The position numbers and the translations under genes were made by a program. A DNA stretch of 64,000 bases from Fibrobacteria bacterium (GTDB taxonomy: Bacteria > Fibrobacterota > Fibrobacteria > UBA11236 > JADFYW01): positions 64,001-128,000 of the forward strand of contig JBNKOC010000004.1 of NCBI GenBank assembly GCA_050294405.1, given 5' to 3'. How positions within the stretch are numbered: position 1 is the first letter of the stretch; each line of letters begins with the position of its first letter. Under the pieces are notes generated by a model. It did no database searches. It was not told where the DNA came from and was given only the letters and a program-made list of their open reading frames with translations. This document shows positions 44,515 through 51,657 of this stretch, piece by piece.

Positions 44515-46338
44515 ATGTCTAAAAGCCCTCACCTATTCCATATTCCTGTTATGGGTACGGGTCATTCAATTGACACGCCCATTCGAGTCGCCCCATTTGG
44601 AATTGACTCTGTAATTTCTCTTGTGGATGATTTATTGTTCGAGCCACTTCGCAAACATTATTCACAACAATACGATATTCCTTACACTAGTATTCCCCGT
44701 AATGCGGAAGATGGACGCGCCAGGCGAACCACCGCATACCTCAACATGGTCAATCAAATTGTGGCCATAAAATTCAACAAAATTAAAAATCTCCCCTTTG
44801 GCGAAAAGAACGATAAGCAAAAGTATTTTGAAATGTTGCCGGACAGCAGCAAACTGAAAAAAGACTACCACTTAATGCTTATTATGTCCGAAGGGCCTGA
44901 AAAAACCAAATTACAGGATGACCTCACTCAAAGAATGGTGCCCGGTTCCATTGATGTAAACATTATGGTTAAGTTGGACCGACTCAACTACGCAAAAAAT
45001 GGCGAACTTCTGGCGCCGGAATTCAGCGATGCCAAATCGGCCTTGCGGGGATACGCCAACAGCGATTTAGAGTCCAGTATTGTTTTCAGCGCCGGAATCA
45101 ATCAGGCGCTCATGACATACATGACCGAGTTTAAAGATTTTTATCGGGACGAAAGCGGCCACATTAAAAAGAAAATTATTTTAAAAGTAAGCGATTACCG
45201 CTCCACCTTAATTCAAGGCAAATTTTTAGCCCGAAAAGGTTTGGAAGTGTATGAGTTTAGAATTGAATCTGGATTAAATTGTGGTGGACACGCCTTTGCC
45301 TCTAACGGATATTTACTACCAGCCCTCTTAAAAGAATTTAAAGATAACCGGCACAAGCTAGCGGATACTTTTATGCCTATGGTTTTAAAGTATTACGAGG
45401 CCAAGGGAATGCCTTTTCCAGCCGAAGCTCAAAACAAAGAGCCACTTTTAACAGTTCAAGGGGGAATCGGAACCAATGGAGAAAAGCGGCGCATGATGGA
45501 ATACTTCGGGATGGAAGCCACTGGTTGGGCCAGCCCCTTTTTGTTAGTGCCCGAAGCCACTTGTGTGGATGAGCCCACACGTCAGCTTTTAATTGATGCC
45601 AAGGAAGAGGACTTATATTTAAGCGACGTATCTCCCTTGGGTATTCCTTTTAACAATGTCCGCAACAGTTTTTCGGAACAGTGGACCCAAAAGCTAATTG
45701 ATAAAAACGAGCCAGGATCACCCTGCCCTAAGAAGTTTTTAGTTTCCAATACAGAATTTACAGAAATGCCCATATGCCATGCTTCCAAAGAATACCAATC
45801 CCAAAAAATCGCCAAAATAAGGGAAGAGATTTCTGATGAAGCAGAGCAAAAGAAAAAAATAGATGCTGTGACAGTTAAAAGCTGTATTTGCGATCACCTT
45901 GGAAACGGCGCTCTCATTGAACTTAATATTATTAAGTCACAAAAAAATGCCCCTGCGGCAATTTGTCCTGGCCCAAATTTGGCTTGGTTTAACAGAAAAT
46001 ACAGCCTTCAGGAAATGGTAGATCATATCTATGGACGCATACCTTCTCTGGTTCCCGAAAACCGAATCCATATGTTTGCCAAGGAAATTATGATGTATGT
46101 GGATTATTATAAAAAGCTAATTGATAATTGCGGCTATACGGAGCGGGAGATTTCCACCATTATCGAATACAAGCTCAATATGGAAGAAGGTATGGATCTG
46201 TGTTTGGAAATTGCCAAAACAGCGGCCTACCCCGATGAAAACATTCAGTCAGTGACTCCTATTGTCAATGCAGAACGAGCTCGCCTAAAAGAAATTTATA
46301 CGGAATTTGCCGCTAAGGCCAGTGCCGTAACTTCTTGA
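44515..46338 (+). CDS. Conserved hypothetical protein; probable divergent FMN TIM-barrel oxidoreductase (NMO/FabK/FabX-like)
   Basis: HIPVMG, ESGLNCGGH, VQGGIG, GWASPFL..PEA, SPLGIPF and a C-terminal Cys cluster. Confidence 0.7.
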   Translation: MSKSPHLFHIPVMGTGHSIDTPIRVAPFGIDSVISLVDDLLFEPLRKHYSQQYDIPYTSIPRNAEDGRARRTTAYLNMVNQIVAIKFNKIKNLPFGEKNDKQKYFEMLPDSSKLKKDYHLMLIMSEGPEKTKLQDDLTQRMVPGSIDVNIMVKLDRLNYAKNGELLAPEFSDAKSALRGYANSDLESSIVFSAGINQALMTYMTEFKDFYRDESGHIKKKIILKVSDYRSTLIQGKFLARKGLEVYEFRIESGLNCGGHAFASNGYLLPALLKEFKDNRHKLADTFMPMVLKYYEAKGMPFPAEAQNKEPLLTVQGGIGTNGEKRRMMEYFGMEATGWASPFLLVPEATCVDEPTRQLLIDAKEEDLYLSDVSPLGIPFNNVRNSFSEQWTQKLIDKNEPGSPCPKKFLVSNTEFTEMPICHASKEYQSQKIAKIREEISDEAEQKKKIDAVTVKSCICDHLGNGALIELNIIKSQKNAPAAICPGPNLAWFNRKYSLQEMVDHIYGRIPSLVPENRIHMFAKEIMMYVDYYKKLIDNCGYTEREISTIIEYKLNMEEGMDLCLEIAKTAAYPDENIQSVTPIVNAERARLKEIYTEFAAKASAVTS

Positions 46339-46347
46339 ACTTAGCCC

Positions 46348-46803
46348 CTATTTTTGGGGCAATACAAACACCAAGGTGTCCAGGGTGGAATCCACCTGGA
46401 ACTTCACCTCATCAAACTTGGGAGTTCCCCAGCCTTCATGAGGAACTGAAAAAGCGTAAGGCTCTGTGGCCTTTCCGAAAAAATTTTTATCCAGCTTCAT
46501 GTTATCATTGAGGTCGTGAAAGGCAAGTATGGCATATTCCCCTGGATCCACCTTGCGCACCTGCCAGATGCTTTCCAAATTTTCAATATCAAGCACACCT
46601 GCGTTTACAGCCATGCCTGGCTTTAAAAACAACCTTTTATTGTAAAGAGCCACCCTCACTTTTCCCTGTGAGCTTTTAATACCTTTAATTTTAACATAAA
46701 AGCTAACAGGCTTTGGAGTCTGAGCCAGAACATAACTAGTACAGATTAAAGCTAATATCAGGAAAATTTTAATGTTAGTATTAAAAGCCTTTAAGGGATT
46801 CAT
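46348..46803 (-). CDS. DUF2141 family exported protein
   Basis: G.V.VALY, PG.YAI..FHD.N.N..LD.NFFG...E.Y.FS and P.F. Confidence 0.88.
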   Translation of the reverse strand: MNPLKAFNTNIKIFLILALICTSYVLAQTPKPVSFYVKIKGIKSSQGKVRVALYNKRLFLKPGMAVNAGVLDIENLESIWQVRKVDPGEYAILAFHDLNDNMKLDKNFFGKATEPYAFSVPHEGWGTPKFDEVKFQVDSTLDTLVFVLPQK

Positions 46804-46818
46804 AACATAATCCAAAAA

Positions 46819-47742
46819 TTATTGTTTCTTTTTATCGTCTTCCTGAATAACTATATCAACCCGGCGATTTTGTTTACGGCCTTCTTTAGTTGAATTATCG
46901 GCAATAGGCTGGTTAAAACCATAGCCCTTGGAAGTCAAACGTTCTTGCTTAACCCCTTGCTCCACCAAAAAATTCATCACATTTTCAGCTCTTTTTTCAG
47001 ACAGCTTTTGGTTGTATTCGGCAGAACCCTGGTTATCGGTATGTCCTTCTACTATAATATGGGAATCTTTATATACCGTTAATATACCGGAAATTTTGGC
47101 CAGATTTGTTTTTAAATCTCCTTTTAAATCGGCTTTGCCAATGTCAAACAAAATATCAGACATGGATAGAATTGTTCCACGTGCATCTTTACGCACGCTT
47201 AAAACATCACTTTCCAAATCTTTAAATTTCCGTTCCATCTCAGCTGCCAAGCGACGAGCCTCTTCCTGCTGTTCCAGGGCTTTTCTGCGTTCTTCAGTCA
47301 GGTCTTTTCTCAGGTTGGAACTGTAGTTGCGTTCAATCTGATTGATGTTTCTGTATAGTTGGTTTAGCTTTCGCAAAATTTCGTCTTTTTTGTTTTGCAA
47401 ACCAGATATTTTATCCTGATTTTCAGAAATTTCCGTTTGAATAGTAGCAGCAGCCACAACCAGGGAACAACTGGAAAACAAGCGATTCGCCACTTCTTCC
47501 TTAGGATTATCTTTTAACTGGGTGCTTGCCTCTGAAATTCGGGCTTTGGCTTCAATTAAAAAGACCGGAAAAGTAGGATCGGCAAATTCTTTTTGACTTA
47601 AAGAGTCCAACTGGCTTTCCAAAACTTTAATTTTTTCAGCGGCTGTTTTCTGTGCTACCGGAGCTTTGGGCTTTTCTTCAGCAAAGCTGTTCAGAGAAAC
47701 AGTTAGGGCTATGCTAAGCAGCAGTCGATTCTTTTTTTTCAT
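46819..47742 (-). CDS. OmpA-family peptidoglycan-binding protein with an N-terminal coiled coil
   Basis: Signal peptide, long coiled coil, RG..L...DILFD.GKA.L, EGHTD..GS..YN..LS..RA..V and GR..NRRV.I. Confidence 0.92.
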   Translation of the reverse strand: MKKKNRLLLSIALTVSLNSFAEEKPKAPVAQKTAAEKIKVLESQLDSLSQKEFADPTFPVFLIEAKARISEASTQLKDNPKEEVANRLFSSCSLVVAAATIQTEISENQDKISGLQNKKDEILRKLNQLYRNINQIERNYSSNLRKDLTEERRKALEQQEEARRLAAEMERKFKDLESDVLSVRKDARGTILSMSDILFDIGKADLKGDLKTNLAKISGILTVYKDSHIIVEGHTDNQGSAEYNQKLSEKRAENVMNFLVEQGVKQERLTSKGYGFNQPIADNSTKEGRKQNRRVDIVIQEDDKKKQ

Positions 47743-48170
47743 TGTGTCCTCAAAGCTTTAATTTCTTCGTATACATCGGACAAACTAGTGAGTTTCTCCT
47801 TATCTTCTGCCAATTCCGATTCTAACTTTTTGACCTTTTTTTTGCTTTTGTCTAATTCGGATTGAAGAATGCTGACTTTGTAATAGCCCACTGCCAAATC
47901 TGCTTTCCATTCCGCATCTTCGATGTTTTTAGCTTCGAATTGTACCCTGGCATCATTAAGCAAACTGTCGGCCAGCTTTGTTCCAGCTGTGCTAATTTTT
48001 TCTTTGGCGCAATATTCCTTTAAGTTTTTAGCCTCACCCAGGGAAACCAAAGTGAACCTGGGGGGCAAACCAGAACATCCGGTAAAAATTCCGGACATAA
48101 CAAACAGCCCCAATATTATTGCAGGAATCCATTTATGCTTGGATAAATTGTTCAATGTGGACGATTTCAT
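47739..48170 (-). CDS. Helical lipoprotein, DUF4398-like partner of the OmpA protein
   Basis: Lipobox FTG-C, alanine-rich helices and a C-terminal coiled coil. 4-bp overlap with the OmpA-family gene. Confidence 0.65.
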   Translation of the reverse strand: MKSSTLNNLSKHKWIPAIILGLFVMSGIFTGCSGLPPRFTLVSLGEAKNLKEYCAKEKISTAGTKLADSLLNDARVQFEAKNIEDAEWKADLAVGYYKVSILQSELDKSKKKVKKLESELAEDKEKLTSLSDVYEEIKALRTQ

Positions 48171-48249
48171 AGCTAAATCCGGTTAAAGAAAACCCTATTT
48201 TTAATGAAATAATAGAAAAAAAACGTCTTTTTCCAGACTTTTTTTTAAA

Positions 48250-49614
48250 TCAACGCCTTCTGTAACGCTGGACTACAGGCTTGGGCTCGGCTGCTAGGTG
48301 AAAATGCATAGAGGCCTTTGCCTCCCAAATTTCCGAAAAACCCATTTCCAACCGAATCATCTGTTTGAAGGGAATTAAAATATGCAGCCCGAGAACCTGT
48401 CCATTTAACCATTTACCTTTGGAAAAATCTGAATTCCATGTCTTACCAAAGTCAAAAGCAACTAAAGGCTGAAGTCCAAGGTCCGCTTTCCAGCCAAAAA
48501 CTCCCAGGGAAAACACCCTGGGCTCTACCCACAAAAAGCGATATTCCAAACTCAACAGCCACTCGTTTTTTCCATATTCCACTCCGTGGTCATAACCTCT
48601 CACAGTATTAGCTCCCCCAATCCAGTAATTTTTATACCTGGGAAAAGCTGTGGTCCCCCAGTTATCCTGCCAGCTCCAAAGATTGGAAAAAAGCAAATGT
48701 TGTCTGTGGCTTATGGGCTGATAGCGGCGAATGTCCAAGGAGCTTTGCCAGAAATCCACATCTCCAGCTAAAAGCCCTCCCACTTGACCAAAGCTCGTTT
48801 CCAGATACCAGCCTTTATTGGGATTACCCCCATAGTTTCGGCTGTCAAAAGCCAGCGAGTAATTAAGGCTGTTGTTAAGATCTGAATTACTGCTGTGGTT
48901 GGTGATTCCAGATGAATCGTAGGCGAACACTTCAAAAGCGCCCTCGAAGGAATGGGTCCACTTGTAATTTGGATTTTCAAAAAAGTCCCAAAAAAGTTGC
49001 AGTCTTGCCACCTGGTATGTTTCGTAAGAGTCTAAAAGCTTATTGAGGCGGCGTTCATCAGCCAGCCAAATAAAACTTTCCACTTTCGCATTTGAAATGC
49101 GGGGGATCTTATATTCCACACTGGCCCGCTTTACCCCGTTTTTAGTAAAGCTGGATTTATATGAGCCTTCAAAAAAGTGATTTCTTCCCCAGAGATTGGT
49201 GGAAATTCCCCCTAAACCTAAACTGAAAAAATTTTCTTCTGTGTATTCTCCGGTGGGATGTATAACTAAATAGGGAATTTCTACGAACTCCAACTCAATG
49301 GACATGTGTTTTTGCCTGTTATCCAAATCTGTTATTACCGGCTTAATCTGCGCAAATATATCGAGTTTTTCTAACTGACGGATGTCATATGAAAAAATAT
49401 TAGCTGAAAACTTTTTTCCTTCAGCCATCTGCATTTCCCGGCTCACAACATAAGCTTTGGTTTTCACCAAGCCTTTAAAGCTGACTTTTTTTATCATGTA
49501 TCCATTATATGCTTCCCAATTTTTTTCTGTAAGCGCAAGTTCACCGGCATATAGCATGTTAAATCCCAGAAAAAATATGAGCGGACCAAAAGAAGTATAA
49601 AAGGGAATTTTCAT
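48250..49614 (-). CDS. Omp85 (BamA/TamA-like) outer membrane protein with one POTRA domain
   Basis: POTRA (I..V.F.GL.KTK..VV.RE......G), NLWGR, DSR.....P.KG and the VRGY motif (GG..TVRGY). Confidence 0.85.
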   Translation of the reverse strand: MKIPFYTSFGPLIFFLGFNMLYAGELALTEKNWEAYNGYMIKKVSFKGLVKTKAYVVSREMQMAEGKKFSANIFSYDIRQLEKLDIFAQIKPVITDLDNRQKHMSIELEFVEIPYLVIHPTGEYTEENFFSLGLGGISTNLWGRNHFFEGSYKSSFTKNGVKRASVEYKIPRISNAKVESFIWLADERRLNKLLDSYETYQVARLQLFWDFFENPNYKWTHSFEGAFEVFAYDSSGITNHSSNSDLNNSLNYSLAFDSRNYGGNPNKGWYLETSFGQVGGLLAGDVDFWQSSLDIRRYQPISHRQHLLFSNLWSWQDNWGTTAFPRYKNYWIGGANTVRGYDHGVEYGKNEWLLSLEYRFLWVEPRVFSLGVFGWKADLGLQPLVAFDFGKTWNSDFSKGKWLNGQVLGLHILIPFKQMIRLEMGFSEIWEAKASMHFHLAAEPKPVVQRYRRR

Positions 49615-49695
49615 GGGGTGTTAAAAATATTAATATTCCGCATTAAAATGGTTATTTTATTCAGGCAGTTAGCTTAATTGAGCTAATTATTACAA

Positions 49696-51441
49696 ATGAA
49701 AAAAATTAATAAAATATTGAAACCAGCCTCCCCCGATTTTAAGTGGTTTCTTGGCTACCAAAGCAAGGATTTAAGCGGGGATTTAATTGCCGGAGTTACA
49801 GTGGGTATCATGTTGATACCCCAAAGCATGGCCTATGCCATGTTGGCCGGCTTACCTCCTTATATGGGCCTGTATGCTTCCATTCTCCCGATGTTACTGT
49901 ATATATTATGGGGCACCAGTCCATATCTTTCCGTGGGACCTGTGGCCATTACATCCATATATGTGGGAACATCATTGGGGGAACTTTCAGCCGGCAATGT
50001 TGAAATGTTAATTATCATGGCCAGTTGTTTAGCTATGTTTGAAGGCTTGTTTCAAATTATAATGGGCGTTTGCCGTTTGGGGTTTATTGTAAACTTTATC
50101 AGCCATCCGGTGCTAACCGGCTACATCACTGCAGCGGCCATTACCATTTTAGGCAGTCAAATTCCTCAAATTCTTGGAATATACATTCCCAGGGAACAGG
50201 GAACCTTGAGCGTGTTTTTGTCTATTTTTGAAAATATTAAAGATCTCAATATTGCAACTCTTATTATCGGAATTGCCAGTATGGGGCTGCTCATATATTC
50301 CAAACGAAATTTTAGAAATCATTTAAAATCCTTAAAACTTCCCCGAAAGCTCTATGTTGTTATTCCTAAATCAATGCCTCTAATAATTGTGGTATTGAGT
50401 ATTTTTTCCACCTGGAAATTTAATCTATCCTCCGAGCATCAGGTAAAAATAGTTGGCAGCCTTCCCACGGGCCTTCCCCGCTTTTCTTTACCCAGTGTTC
50501 CCTGGGATAGAATTGGCGATCTAATTCCAATTGCTTTTACCATTAGCCTTCTTAGCTTTTTGGAAAGCATTTCTATTGGTAAAACCCTGGCCTATAAATC
50601 AGGCAAAGTAGTCCGGGCGAACCGTGAATTTCTGGCCCTTGGAGCCGCCAATATTGGCTCCGCCCTTTCCGGAGGCTATTCCGTGTCAGATAGCTTAAGC
50701 CGTTCCACCGTAAACTATCAATCGGGAGCCAAAACCAAATTGGCATCAGTCATAACTGTTGGAATGGTTACTGTAACGGTTTTGTTTTTTATGCCCGAGT
50801 TGTACTATTTGCCCAAAGCTGTTTTATCTTCCATCATAGTAGTAGCCATATCCAGCCTCATTGACTTTAAATACTTCTGGCGCTTAACTAAGCTCAATAA
50901 GCCCGATGCGCTCGCCTTTGCCGCCACTTTTTTAGCTGTTTTCATTTTAGGAATTAAATATGGATTATTAGTCGGCATATTGATTTCCATGATATTATAC
51001 ATGTGGGTGACAAGCACCCCTCACATGGCCGTTATAGGAAGATTGGGGAACAGCGAACATTTTCGAAATGTATTGCGGCATAAGGTAATCACCTATCCCC
51101 ATATACTGATGGTTCGTATTGATGAAAGTTTAACTTTTGTGAACTCTAAGTTTGTAGAAGAACATTTATTGCAAATAATATATAAGAAAAAAGACTTAAA
51201 ATATTTTTTATTAAATGCAAGTAACATCAACCATATTGACACCAGTGCGCTTGAAACATTAGAAGCCCTTTTTGGACGCCTTAAAAAACAAGGTGTTGAA
51301 ATTTATCTTGCAGAAATAAAAGGGCCGGTAATGGATTACCTAATAAAATCGGGATTCGTTAAACGATTTGGAAAATCAAAGATTTTTCTCAGCACCCACC
51401 TTGCCCTCAATGCCCTATTGGATAAATCCCAAGATAACTAG
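49696..51441 (+). CDS. SulP/SLC26 anion transporter with STAS domain
   Basis: DLIAG.TVGIMLIPQSMAYA.LAGLPP..GLY, GPVA, N.E..ALG.AN and STAS (RIDESL.F.N, ID.SA). Confidence 0.95.
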   Translation: MKKINKILKPASPDFKWFLGYQSKDLSGDLIAGVTVGIMLIPQSMAYAMLAGLPPYMGLYASILPMLLYILWGTSPYLSVGPVAITSIYVGTSLGELSAGNVEMLIIMASCLAMFEGLFQIIMGVCRLGFIVNFISHPVLTGYITAAAITILGSQIPQILGIYIPREQGTLSVFLSIFENIKDLNIATLIIGIASMGLLIYSKRNFRNHLKSLKLPRKLYVVIPKSMPLIIVVLSIFSTWKFNLSSEHQVKIVGSLPTGLPRFSLPSVPWDRIGDLIPIAFTISLLSFLESISIGKTLAYKSGKVVRANREFLALGAANIGSALSGGYSVSDSLSRSTVNYQSGAKTKLASVITVGMVTVTVLFFMPELYYLPKAVLSSIIVVAISSLIDFKYFWRLTKLNKPDALAFAATFLAVFILGIKYGLLVGILISMILYMWVTSTPHMAVIGRLGNSEHFRNVLRHKVITYPHILMVRIDESLTFVNSKFVEEHLLQIIYKKKDLKYFLLNASNINHIDTSALETLEALFGRLKKQGVEIYLAEIKGPVMDYLIKSGFVKRFGKSKIFLSTHLALNALLDKSQDN

Positions 51442-51553
51442 GGTTTTTTGGGCAAAAACAGCAAAATATTTTTTCAAACAACTCTAATTGCTAAACTAAA
51501 AAAATCCAATTTTTTTAAATAGCTAAGGTATTTTTTCAAATTACTCCAATGTT

Positions 51554-51604
51554 TGTGATCTGTTTCACACCCTGTTTGACATTGTTGATTTTTAAGGATA
51601 CAAT
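51554..51604 (+). promoter_or_regulatory. CRP/FNR-family box plus consensus sigma-70 promoter of the Cys-repeat lipoprotein gene
   Basis: TGTGA-N6-TCACA (51554-51569), then TTGACA (51576-51581)-17 nt-TACAAT (51599-51604). Confidence 0.75.
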
Positions 51605-51657
51605 GAATCCATCTAGTGCTAATCCAAAAATCTTTCACTTAAAAAACAGGGACAGCC

